DNA of 64,000 nucleotides, taken from positions 372,001 through 436,000 of the forward strand of contig JASANG010002214.1 of NCBI GenBank assembly GCA_030248215.1, given 5' to 3'. Shown piece by piece: positions 1-13,600 of this stretch; position 1 is the first letter of the stretch, and each line of letters starts with the position of its first letter. A program made the position numbers and the translations under genes. The stretch is from Enoplolaimus lenunculus. Lineage: Eukaryota. Below the pieces are notes generated by a model. It worked only from the letters and a program-made list of their open reading frames with translations, was not told where the DNA came from and made no database searches.

Positions 1-61
1 CAAAGGATGGCGGAGGGCGGGTTGAAATTAAATAACAGTCCTTAACCAAATAACCAAGTGT

Positions 62-1022
62 ACTCTCTGGATAGGCCAAATAAATATCAGTCCCCCCTCG
101 CATTTAATTCGGGTCACTACAGTAGCTAAGAATCGGAAAAATACACGTACCTTCTGGATAGGCCAAATAAATATCAGTCCCCCCTCACATTTAATTCGGG
201 TCACTACAGTAGCTAAGAATCGGAAAAATACACGTACCCTCTGGATAGGCCAAATAAATATCAGTCCCCCCTCGCATTTAACTCGGGTCACTACAGTAGC
301 TAAGAATCGGAAAAATACACGTACCCTCTGGATAGGCCAAATAAATATCAGTCCCCCCCTCGCATTTAATTCGGGTCACTACAGTAGCTAAGAATCGGAA
401 AAATACACGTACCCTCTGGATAGGCCAAATAAATATCAGTCCCCCCTCGCATTTAGTTCGGGTCACTACAGTAGCTAAGAATCGGAAAAATACACGTACC
501 CTCTGGATAGGCCAAATAAATATAAGTCCCCCCTCGCATTTAGTTCGGGTCACTACAGTAGCTAAGAATCGGAAAAATACACGTACCCTCTGGATAGGCC
601 AAATAAATATCAGTCCCCCCTCGCATTTAATTCGGGTCACTACAGTAGCTAAGAATCGGAAAAATACACGTACCCTCTGGATCGGCCAAATAAATATCAG
701 TCCCCCCCCTCGCATTTAATTCGGGTCACTACAGTAGCTAAGAATCGGAAAAATACACGTACCCTCTGGATAGGCCAAATAAATATCAGTCCCCCCTCGC
801 ATTTAATTCGGGTCACTACAGTAGCTAAGAATCGGAAAAATACACGTACCCTCTGGATCGGCCAAATAAATATCAGTCCCCCCCCTCGCATTTAATTCGG
901 GTCACTACAGTAGCTAAGAATCGGAAAAATACACGTACCCTCTGGATAGGCCAAATAAATATAAGTCCCCCCTCGCATTTAATTCGGGTCACTACAGTAG
1001 CTGAGAATCGGAAAAATACACG
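62..1022. repeat. Tandem array (minisatellite) of about 11 copies of an 87-bp unit, probably in an afadin intron
   Basis: Unit CTCTGGATAGGCCAAATAAATATCAGTCCCCCCTCGCATTTAATTCGGGTCACTACAGTAGCTAAGAATCGGAAAAATACACGTACC. Its CTGG recurs at 67, 154, 241, 328 and so on to 942. Copies differ mainly in C-run length and a few substitutions. Confidence 0.97.
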
Positions 1023-1678
1023 CAGTATCGAGCAGGTGCCACAAGCTATTCTGGTGTATATTAAGGTCAAATTTGCATTTTAGGACGGCCGCTTACAAAG
1101 TGGTGATCAGTTATTAGCTGTTAACGAACATAACCTATGTGGCATATCGCAGGAAACGTAAGTTTCTTTGGCATAGTTTGCGTCAACACCAATTAGCACA
1201 ATTTTCTAGTGATCTACGACGCAGCATCAAAAGTAGATCGGGTGTGTTTATTAGAAAATGAGCTAATAAAATTAAAATTTTAATCACATTTTATTGTTTT
1301 TTTTACACCAAAATACGCGTTGGAAATCGTCAAAACAATTATAAAGTCGAATGTTATTCCTGAACTCAATAACTGTGCATTATAGAGCTTTTTTAAATGC
1401 TGTTAGAATCGTTTTCTAGAGTGTTCGCAAGCTATATATAGGGAATTGATTAAAATATTTTTTACCAATTTTATGTAAAATATTAACTAATAATTCAACT
1501 ACTGTTTACTGATACGTCAACTACCTTCATCCCGACAGCTTATAGGGTAGACAATTCGCTAAATATGATGCTCTAAAGGTAAATTATATCAAACGATTCT
1601 TCGAACTAATAAAAAACAAGCGAAATCGTAGTTGTTTTTAAACGATATTTCTCTAATTTTAATTTCTACTTGTTTCAG

Positions 1679-4660
1679 CGCAGCATCTTTGATGTCAAAT
1701 ACTGGTCCTGTGGTCAAATTTACGGTGCTTAAACGTTCTGCGTTCTACAACGGAGTTGCACAAAATCTTACCTACGCTGAGTTGGCCGATCGCAACTCTG
1801 GTACTAAACAGCAGAGTAAGCGCCAGCTGGTATATAAATGTTACTGACTAACTTATCTGATCAGTTCATCCGCCCAACAAACTGAGGCATTTGTTGGTAT
1901 TTCCTGCTGCCACACTAATTTGATTGAAACCAAAAGTCGCTATCACCACATTATTGTTAATTATTTTCTTGAAATTGATCTTAGAGATAGGCTTACACTC
2001 AGGTTAAACATATTTCTAAGCCTAAGAAGCTTGAGCCTAAACCTAAGCCTATTTTGTTAACCTATTCAGTATATGCGGAAGGGAAACATTACATACTTTG
2101 ATTTATTTAACCTGTAATACATTTAACTGAACAACTCATATATGTATGTATATCGAACGCTAGTATTCAGTGTTCTAAAACAAGATCGCATAGAATTCAT
2201 CTGAATTTATCGAATTTAAAAATAGTTTTGGAATTTTTAGAACTTTAATTTTCAGCAAATTGTAAAGTTGCTGTTTCAATAATTCAAGGTGCGTATTAAT
2301 AGGTACGAGTTGAAATGTCACGTGTATGCAGCGCCGAGCCAAGTTTATATTTGAACTTTTGGATCGATATCAAGTGAAAGTGTGCTGAGTTGAAATTTTA
2401 AATTTTCAAATTTCCATCTATTTTGAAAATGTATTTTTTAAAATGTATCGTGTTTATGCTGTTCTGGTAAACTAGCAGCTGTAAGTGAAAGTGTAGACAG
2501 AGGTTTCTAAGCATTGGCATACACTGTCAAATAATAAAAATTGTTGTACCTATTAATAACCAAATATAAGGTTTCGTAAGCAATCTTATTTAGTAACACT
2601 AGCATCTCGGCTAATTGCAGGAAATATGAAAATATCCTCAAAGTGTTGCAAAATGCAAATATACTATATGTTGTTGCTAAATCTTTGCGCGACAGCCCGG
2701 TAATTTAGATTCGTAAATAGAGGGATACAACGAGTTTTTTTTGTAGAGGCAAATACAATTGCAATAATATTGGCTGGGTTCCAGAAACTCTACTTAAGTA
2801 TCACGTGCTATGTAATTATTTAGCCATTTTGTCGTTTTTATAAGCGTACTTAAGTCAAGTAAATATTTAAGTCGCTAACTAACTCTTATAGATTACAAAT
2901 TAACCATTCACGTATGCTAACATTAGTTTACCTGAAATTGTACACTCGTGGTGTCTCCTTAATATAAAGCAAAACTATTACTTTTTTTGCAATAACAATG
3001 GCTCACATTTAGCGTTTACCTGGTTTGTTCGAAAAGTTATGTATTTACTTAAGTCATTGACTTAAGTAATTATTTAAGTATAGCTTAAGTAAATTCTTAA
3101 GTAAGATTTCAGAAACCCAGCCATTGTCTCCTGTAATTGTAAGAAATGCTGGTTGGGGGGGATGTGCAGCGACAATTTTTGCAGGAATAAATGCACCATG
3201 CAACATATTCCGATTCGAGTGTAGTTTTGTGCTCGCTATCTTTAAATAACATGGTATAATAAATTTTGACAGTTCCAAACATTGAGAAACAATCGTAAAA
3301 CCTGTGGCCCGTGTGCTTAAAAGCTAACATCTTCGTTTTAGACACAACTCAAGATCGTTTATCATCACAAACAATTCCGAATCCAAATCGAGTTGACGAT
3401 TGCGCCAGTCAAACGCAACGCGACCCTCAACGCCATACTGATTCGTATGACCGCAGTCAGTTAAGCCCAAACGAACCATTCGACTCAACTCATCGCCATA
3501 ATCCGAGTGCCCTTCAACAACCAGTTGCTCCAAACTACGCGTCTCGAGCAATTTCTGTGCGGCACAATTCGTTGCCTCAAGACTGTTCTGATAATAAGTC
3601 GAATTTCAGCGTTGACGGTAAGTAGATAACTTTTTAAAATTATCTCGCGTTGCCTAGTAGTTTTAAAATACCAAACTCTACTAAACAAATCACAAACAAT
3701 TGCATTTAGAGTTACGATGACAGTTCAGTTGCGCACTCATATACGCGTGTTTTACAGATGAGAGTGGCGCATAGAACTTTATAGGGCTGGGCAGAACGGA
3801 ATTTGGCTGTCTCATCGAACAGGTCATCTCACGGACGAATCTACACTGGTGTTTTGAAACAAAACATGGCAATAGGTATACCTGCGTCCAAAATAGTTCG
3901 AATTTTACGCTACGAACAGTGAAAATATGCTCTGTCGTTCTGTTACAACTGTCTCAAATGTATGTACAATTGAACGATCATAGGAACTTTAAGCCGTGTT
4001 TTTATAGTCGCGTTTGATTTATTTCTACAGGTGCGCCAAACCATATCTCATCAGGGACAGCCACTATTCCACAATCGACAGTAGTTCATAAGCTGTTCTA
4101 CAACGAGAACGATTCAATATCTGATCATCAACAACACCAGCAGCAACAACAACAACAGCAGCAGCAGCAACAACAACAACAGCAGCAGCAGCAGCGGCAA
4201 CAACAACAACAACAACAGCAGCAGCAGCAGCAGTCTTCGTTAAGAGACGATAAAGAACAATCGCGCGCAACAAACTCATCGCCTGCCACAATTAAATCTT
4301 CCTCAGAAGTGCCAGGACTCGCTGCACCAAGTTCTATTGATCAAGTTCGATTTGTTCCGAGACAAACGATGCCATATCAGTCCCAATACGTAACCAGACA
4401 GCCGCAACAACAACAACAACAACAACAAACAGCAGTTTATCCGAATCGCCCGGCTAATATTCAATACCCACAAAATAGCACAAGTACTCCAGTAGTTGAG
4501 TATAGCGCAACTAATTGCGGCCAGCGTCAAGCAGGTTATGGCGACAGCTCCAGTAGTCCTTATCAACGCATGCCGTTACGCAATGGTGTCCCATCTGACC
4601 AGTATAGTTCGCTTACTAGAGACGGTCCTTTAAGTTCAGACGCTCGCCAGCAGCAGCAGC

Positions 4661-4694
<34 letters not shown>

Positions 4695-7600
4695 TTGTCG
4701 GTACTCACAGGCAAAAACTGTACATTACGCTGATGGGAGTTTGATGCGTCCGTCCCATGGTCCAAATCCAGGCCTTCCACAAGCAACGTCTCCGTATCAT
4801 ACTCTCGGACATTTTAGTAGCACTCGATCGTCAACGAATGCTTCACCGACAATTAGCAACTCCAGTGGGCACAGAGGCAACATCGTCCGACACCAACCAG
4901 TCGCCGAAATCGCCCCATCGAGTTATTATGGTCCGAGAGGATCAACGTTGCCACGTCATTTTGCTGGCACCGCCGATCCGGACTTGCGAGGGCCGGATAC
5001 TCAAAGGCAGGCGCCGTATAATGCTAACGGCGTGCCGTATTACCATCCCTCAACGTTGCAACAGCCGTCGATGAGTGTTGCAACTACTGTGCAACATAAT
5101 GGGCCAGCCATTTCCCCGGGGGCAGCGACTCATTTGTACGGACGCAACCAGCTACCGACTTCATACGCTGGGGAATCGCCGCATCATCAAACAGTCAGTT
5201 TTGTTTCACGCCAACCATTGCAACAACAACAACAACAACACCAACAACAACCATATTACCATCAACAACAACAACAACAACGAAGCTTGTCTGCTGGCCC
5301 GGCATCGACCTCAACTGGCTACATTCCCAGTGTTCATCAAGGCCGGGTAACCTCAGGTGAACACGGACCTGGGGCGCCAGCGCAGCAGCAGCATCCAACA
5401 CCGCCATATCCTTCGAAACAGCTCCAATGTCGCGATTTCTATTCGCCGCATGCTCGCCAATCACGTGGTCCTTCGGTGACGTCAATGCCTGGGTCAGAGT
5501 CGCCGTACGGCAATGCTGTTGTTCCGCCGCCACCCACAGCCGCAAATAGGGCCCTGGGTCGTGGCACTGCCCTTACCGGTGCTTCAGAATCGAGACAGAA
5601 TTGGTACACGGATGGTGATAAGATTGCCGATACGAAAGCGATATCGAAAGCGGTACGTTTTTCCCGCAGTTTCGGAGAATCGCGGAAACAGTGGTTACCT
5701 GGTGTACGCAAGTTATTGTCAATTGTACATTACCGAGTAGTAGAATGCTCACTCGAATTTGGGTGTCCGTATTTGTGTATTGGTTTATATGTTTGGTGTA
5801 GGTTTTGTAATGTCTTGTGGTGAGTGGTTAGTGTATCGAGTGTTTGCTTTTTGTACACTTTTCTTCTTATTGAACAATAAGGCTTGGACTCATGTTTAGG
5901 CTTTAGCAAAAGCTTATAGGTAATGACTTCGACTTAGGTAAGCGCTTTCTTCCGCCTGAGCCTAAGTCTACGTTTGAGTCTAAGCCTGTGTCTGTGGAGG
6001 AGCAGAGTGTACAGGAGCCGATAGTTTTTGTATTTGCATGTCTAGTGTTTCACAGTGCACTCGGTTGTTTTAAATCGCTAGCACCAATTGTATTGATTGT
6101 GATGTTTTTTACGTCGTCTCTTTTATCATCGCCAGCCACTGTTTTAGACAATGAAACCGTTTCATTTTGAAAACTACAGCCGTACAAAAATCAACCATTC
6201 TGGTTTCGTATTCGATTCGGTTCAAAAGCACCAACGACGTGGCCACGATAGGTTCAGGGGTGAATCTCCATCATTTTGAGATTTCAAAGGTTTTGTGACT
6301 CTTTTTTCCGTGGGGAACACAAGTAACCCCGTACGAAATTTTGGTTGGACGTCAACATGTTTCTTAAATCCTGGCTACGTCCAATGAAAGGTCTGTTAAG
6401 AATACGGAAACTTTCAAGTTGTGTTTTGCGTTTTGACACTGCAAACATTTGACCAAATCCGTCCTTCGAGAGTTTGATTTGTTTTCGCAAATTGCATGAT
6501 GCTTAATTGCTGCGTTCAATGATCACTATGTGTTCATGTATGCCCAGGCTCGTAGCCAGCTCACCAGGCTTGGGGGGTCTAAAAATTTTTTACCAGGGGC
6601 ATACAAGGGTTTTCGCTGACTTAGTTGAAGACTTTCTATGGGGCCAAAATTTTTTCACGGGAGCGGAGCCCCTTGGCTGCGGGAACATGCGTGCGTTCAC
6701 TGTTTGTTTCTGTAAAAGTCTGTTAACTGGTCGGTGTTGGGTTCTTTATCGGAAAAGGTTATCAAACTCGAATTTGAATAAAGACAACACCATCTGATTG
6801 CAGTGAAATTACAAGTTTAGCTTCAGCAAAGAACACGCCGCATTTTTCAAAATTTGGGCTATTGTTGTTCAAACTCTGGAGGGTAAAACGAATAAAACGT
6901 GCGGTGCATTATTACGACAACACATAAACAAACATCGTTGATTATTCGGACAGCGGACTGCCCACGTAAGGTTGAGTTAAGTAACCTTTACAAACTTCCT
7001 GGCGCGGAGTAACAGGTTCCAAATGGCACACAGTGTGATGGTTGCAAGCTAACTTATAATCGGTTTGGGTTTAATTTTTAGCTTTGTGGTAATGGCTGAA
7101 GATACCAAAAGTCTTGTGAAAAAATTAATTCTAAGTTTCTTTCCGCATTATCCAATACAGCATATATGCGTAAACATTACACTTCAATACGCAAACACAG
7201 ATGGAAGGGTGTTGCTTCACTACGGATATGCCTGTCCCTTCCATGACCGAAGGATTTTGGACCGGATTATAGTGAGATCTTAATCTTTTAAACTAGACTC
7301 GTTAAACGTTTTGCAGAGCAGTTCGTATACGTGTCGTTCAAGGGCGTAGTCAATGGGGTCTCAGGAGTTAAGTCTTTCACTGAGGGGCTTGACGTCTGAT
7401 ACCCCACGCCGACATCGTTTGGCACTTTTGTCCATGGGGGTTTATACATTTTTATCTGTTGATAACACTAGAAACGTCTATAATTTGAAATTTGGTGGCA
7501 TGTCTTTCTAAATTTCTGGGTGCTTGAATGATGTCATTGGGGTGCAATTGTTTCTGTTATGGTTTTGGCTGATGGTTTAATAGAAATCTAGACAATTTAA

Positions 7601-10600
7601 ATATTAATTATTCCTAAGTAAAACCGATGCAGGTTGTATGGTTGAATGAAATAAAATCCGAAATTTATGCTTGTAATTACTATTAGCTATGTAATTAATA
7701 ATCGCTATCTAGCAGTCTGTGTTAAGTGTTTGTCGCATTTAGAACGCTTTATTAATGCTTTTGTGTGCGCGTTCGTCGTACGCGTTTGTCTTAGTGCTTA
7801 GTGTTTAGCTATTTTAGTTTACCGTTACTAAATTTTTAGGTAACTGCTACCTCAAACGATCCAAACTGGCATGCGGCATCTAACTTAGCGTTTCAACGGC
7901 AATATTCGTTGTCACACCAGGCACAACTGGCATCGGGTGCCAATGATAGCTGTAGGTCATCGACTCCTAAAGTCAAATATCAAAAATCAACCAATGTTCT
8001 CCGATATGAACCAGATAAAGCTGGGCTATATTGTTCAGATCGTAACATCAAGCGGTCTATTACTCCAAGCTTACGTCATAGCTATGCGAGGGTTCAGTCT
8101 CCATTCTCACACCGGTTGTCGAGTGTACCTAGTGTCAAATGCGAACTACCTCGAGAAGGTATCAAAGGCAATTCATTTGCCAGCCAAGGTACGCCTCTGC
8201 CTAGCTATCACAGCTCAGGTTTTGCGGTAAATAGTAGTGATATCCGTCGATCTAGTTCAAGCCACCAGTTATACCACATTGTCGATGACAATCAGCGTAA
8301 TTCTGACATGCCGAACATATTAGCGTCACCGTTAACAGTTGACGTAGGGGCCCGAACTGCGCAATTAAACGGCTGCGTTGTGCCAAATTCGTCGAAAACT
8401 TCTGCCAGCGGCGAATATTTGTCTAACGGTGCCAGTAGTTCGCATAGTTTCGTCGCTCAAAGTCATCAAGTGGTACAGTATGTTCCAGGAGATAATTCAA
8501 CGAGCGCAACAACTCATCATTTATATGCTTCAACGTCAAATATTCAACCAGGGGTTCGGCACGATTTTCAAAATACGACCCATCCTGCGGGGCAATCGAG
8601 TAGCTACCAGATCCGATCCCCGGCTGAAATTCGTTCGTATACTCCTTTCGACCACAGAAGCACTAAAATGGCGCTGCTACCCACAGCCAGACCAAGGGCT
8701 TATTCCACGCACGCGGTTAGCTCACTTTCATCGTCAGTCTGCGATGACCGTAAGCGACCTTCGGGGGCGAACGTTTCCAGTGACACTCCGGTGCTGAAGC
8801 CTTGGAGTCACCCAGGCTGGCAGACCTCAGAACATCTCGCTCAAAATTATCGGCAACCCGACATCGTAATTCCGGCACACCAGCGCTTCAAAACTCCACC
8901 TCGGCTAAATTTCGGTCGAGCAACAAGTGCAAATTACAGAAATCGGTCCCATTCAACCAGTATTCTGCTTACTCCTAACGCTTTAGCTTGCGATACCAAA
9001 TCGCTACTGACGCCTGAACGCGGAGCGCAAATTGATAGCAGCGGCAGACTGTCACCGTGGGAGCAAGATGAAGTCGAACGGTTGAAGGAAAAAGCTGCTC
9101 GAGAGGTAGTTTAGTTTTCTGTTGTTGGGAGCTGGCCAACGTACGGAACAGAGACGCTCCTGGGAATTAAGTAACGAGTTGCCGATCATTTAGATCCAGA
9201 TGCACTGAGTTGAACGGTACTAATTGTAGCGCTGTAGACGTAACGGTTCAAAAGTTATAGTCACATCGTCTTGCAAGCTATTAGGCTTTGATCTGTGGTG
9301 GAAACACTGATTTCGTTATAAAAATAATACTTTGTGCAGACTTAGGAGTTGTTCCTAGTCGTTCCAAATTCTAATCTCCCGCAGTTTTCTACGGTTATAC
9401 TGAATGGTTTTCTTACGCACACAGGCTGTTAAGTATGTATATGTCGTAGGCCAATCTGCTATTAAGAGCAAATATTAGATTGGCCTAGGGCAAAGAGTGA
9501 TTCTAAGATGTAATGAAACAGCAGTGATGTAAAACTAACGCTAATTGGTTAACGGTGTTGCGTTTGTCCAAATAATCAAATCTGATTGGTTTGTAAGTTT
9601 GATAGCAGGTTAGCCTATACGAAACTGGTATTACGAAAAATAGCACATTGGCCTTGGCCAATAGGTAATTGGCCTGAATAGCAGATTGACCTACGACATA
9701 TATATGATCAAGTAACCATGAGCTTTCAAAATGCTAAGTGATCATAGATATTTTTTAATTTTGTAAATTCGACTCCACTCTGGGGTAGAAATGTGCTAAG
9801 TATTCTAGAACAAGCATGAGACCGTATTTACTGTTATAACTTAAATCGTTGTTCTGTTTTGCTATTAAATTGGCTTTCACTCGTCAACGTTGCATTGAGT
9901 TCCAATCCATTTATAAACAACGTAGTGACGCGGGGGTGTAGCCAGGCCCAACTGGGCTCAGATGCCAAACCGGCTCCGTAGGATTTCTGTTCAGCTGGTT
10001 CCAGACATTTTCTGAGCTGGTAACACTAAAAAAAGCCTGCTTCTTAGAATTATTTTTATGAGACGTAATTTTCGTGTTTGCAAAATTTTGGCTACGCGCA
10101 TGCCTGATTCATATAATTATTGTCTACTGGCTTTAAGTAATTTAGTTTGCATGCTGCTAGTTTTTGTAATCCGTGTCAGTTGTCCAGTGTTGTTTTACTC
10201 GTATAGAGTTGTACCCTTTTGTCTCGTTGAAGAAACGTTGTTCCGGAAGCTTATGTGAGCACCGTAGCTAACAAGAACCTGTGAGGCTTAGGATCGAGAT
10301 CGAGAGCGATTTTGACCACTATTCTCGGAAACGTTTAGGATCGTTGTGGATACAAGTTAAATTTTTGAAGAAACGTCGTTCCAGAAGCTTATGTGAGCAC
10401 CGTAGCTAACAAGAACCTGTGAGGCTTAGGATCAAGAGCGATTTTGACCGCTATTCTCGGAAACGTTCAGGATCGTTATGGATATTTGACGAGGGCTGAC
10501 GGCTGGCTGCGGGCTTTTCCTAATAATGACAGCTAAGCTATTTGGACACTTGTCCAACGCTAACGCCAACTGCCATTTAGGATTGATGAAAACCGGACGA

Positions 10601-13600
10601 TGATCTGACACACAAGACACGGCCAGCCGGTTTAGGGTTGTGCTCCACTTTTTAATTATTTTAATGCCGTCCGTCATCAGTACGGTGCCGGCCGTCACCG
10701 TGCGTCACGGTGCTGTATCGTACGCGAATTACTCATGTACGATACCGTATATTGACGCACGGCGCCGTACAGCTGACGGACGATGACGGATGGCGCCGTA
10801 CGACTGCGCAACCAGTACTGGTCAAAATAAAGTTGGTCGCAGCCAAATTTCATTTTGTTATCGCTACTGAAATACGTAACATTGCCAAAATTACTCTTTA
10901 AGAGTCCCAAATGAACTATAACAGCTCCCTAAAATCATATCGTTTAAATTTGAAACAATGAAAGTATCCACATATTTTTGATATTTTTAACTCTTTTTTT
11001 GTAGGTTGAAGCTATTCGAGATGAAGAAATTGCAGCGTTAGAAGCGAAAGGTACTGAAGGGCGGACGGAAATCGAAGAAGACCGCTTGCGTGTACTTCGA
11101 CTTGAACGCGAATTTCAACGACGGTTACGCGAGGCGGATTCAGACGCAGTTATCGCTGGCGGTCAGGATTCGTATGATGATGCTGTTGAGGTAATATGAT
11201 TTGGTGTTTGTTTCCGATTTCACGGTTTGGAAAATAGTATTCTGATTTTATATTCAAATGACAATTTTGTAATTACCCTATAAATTTGGGTATAGGGCCA
11301 ATGTATAAACAGGGCCACAAAAGTAGTATAAACATATTGCTCAGCGTAAAGCGTAAGAATGTGTAATCATACCTAAACCAAAGTGTCAGCAAAAAATAGT
11401 CTAATGCTTAAGCTTACTCTATTGATGTTTCCACAAGGAAAACGTTCTGCCCCTCATCTTTACACAGGCCGGCTATGGTATGAAATGTTTTCTTTTGTCG
11501 GACAGGCAAACTAAAAACGGTTCACAGTGTAACATGTAACCTTGTTTCATGCCGAAGTTAACCATTACATAGTTATTAATCTGAAAACAAGCTTATACAA
11601 ATATTACTCATATTAGCGACCCCCAAATCGATTCCTCGTTTTATATTGACATTTCAAACGAAAATAAACGTAATAATACGTTTAAACCAGTATATATAAT
11701 TAACTTTGATTCAGAGTATCATGGATTAAGGATTATAACTAACAATTATGCGTTCAATTTTCAGGATGCCTCTACTCAGCCATCACTGGACATTAATGTA
11801 TTCAGTCGACACGAGGTTCAACTTGAAGGACGCAATGGATCAACAGATTTGCATCGCGAACAGTCTTCAATTCTTCATCGACCATCGAATAGAATCGCTT
11901 CTGCTGACAGCGGCAACGATCATGAAACGATTATCAACGCGGCACATATCATTGAAACAAACATGAAGAACTTGACCGTATCTCAGGAAACTGAGTAAGT
12001 TCAATATCAACGGACTTTAGCCTTTTTTAAAGGAACAACAGTTGTTTTTATTTCAGCTTAAGGGGGATGACGCGACAGTGAGGATATGAGGCCGCCCCTG
12101 TTCGCTTTAAATACTTTTTTGTATGATAGAACATATTGCAGGCATTGTCTTGCTGAATTATGGCTAATAATTTGTCAATTATATTTTAAGACGAAGGGCT
12201 AATTGCTATTTTAGTAATAGGTTTTGGGACACTTACAATTCAAATTTACGGCAACTCTACTGCAGCTAGGTTTACTTGCCTGTTTGTAATTTGACCCTGT
12301 TCACGCGTGCAAGTTTTTGCTGCGAGAACTTTCAGCTGCAACTTGCACTTGCAAGTTTTGTTCAAAATCGCGTTCGAACAACTTGCAGCTGCAAATAATT
12401 CATGAAAAATCGTAGCTAACAATTTAGTTCACATGTGTTATTAACAACCATGCAAGTTCACTGAATTTATTGCGGCCGTTTTCTCATAGGATGAAAAAAT
12501 AATACACGTTGTGCGTGCAAATTGCAGCTGCAAGTTGTCGCAGCAAAAACTTGCAGGTTTGAATGGGGCTTAACAAATTTATTAGAAGCAGTATATAATT
12601 TACTTTGCTAAATCATCCATTTAGTACGGGTGAACTGTGATCAAGTCAAATATTACCGAAACTGGTGCACGCTACAATACGAGAATATCACCAAATCGTC
12701 ATAATAATATTCACTCGTAATAATTTCCGTTTTGTTTTTTGTTCTAAAATATCAAAGATTCTTCTGATGTGCGCGTAGACTGTTGCCTGATTATTCATAT
12801 TTTGGGAAAAATTAATATTAATATATTTTTAAAGATGCAAATTTGTTCTTGACAAGTAAGTAAGTTGGCAAATGGTTACGAGGGCTTTGGTATTCGTTTT
12901 GCGGTTTACCGTCGGTGTATTTAATTACGTTACTGCGGTCAACTGCACGTTCGTGCAACAAATTAGAGAACTGTAAATCTTTGGTTAATTGGTTATCTTT
13001 AAAAATTCAGCGTAGTATTTGCAACAAAATATAATTAAAATTTATTTCATTTTATTTAAAATGCACGAAACTCATTACGTTGTGGTATTTTAGCTGGCTG
13101 GGTGCACTCTTGTTTGATCTCAAATTATGTATTTTAATCGGTTTGGCACATCGGCGCAGGGATGGAAGTATCGGTCTCGGCAAGTCTCAGTATTTGGCAG
13201 ATTTCGGTTTCGCTTTATGAGTTTCGGTGGTTTGAAACCGAGACCAGAAGTCGAGGATTTAGCAAATGTATGAGTGTTGTGTTGGTGTAAAAGTGATGAT
13301 GGCTGATCAATAAAAGTTTTCTGTAAAATTATTAAATTTTATAGTTACGCAATAATTACGAACAGATATTTTGAATAAACACAAAAAAAGCTATGGAAAG
13401 TACAAAAAAACTATGAAAAACACAAAAAAACTACGAAAAATGCATTAGAAATAATAGTATATTTTGAAAATTTTAATTTTTTTCAGTGATGAATAAAAAT
13501 TGACTGAGACTGTTCTTGGCCGGTCTCGCTAGTTTGGTCTCGGTCTCGGTTTTTAACCGGGACCGTCCATGCCTGGATCGGCGAAGAAATCGCATTTCAA

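Noticed and set aside
62..1022. CRISPR array or hammerhead ribozyme array
   Set aside because: Units are head-to-tail with no unique spacers, no cas genes are present and the context is eukaryotic. No CTGANGA...GAAA core was found on either strand.
28..1070. Repetitive minus-strand ORFs (..IFIWPIQRVRVFFRFLATVVTRIKCEGG..)
   Set aside because: Artefact of an 87-bp unit that is a multiple of 3. Frames break at C-run length changes.
4064..5740. Antisense and alternate-frame ORFs with poly-V/L/N
   Set aside because: Shadows of the CAA/CAG-rich afadin exon.
10227..10484. Penelope-type repeat with a hammerhead ribozyme
   Set aside because: TGAAGA and GAAAC occur, but I could not form the required stems or a canonical core.
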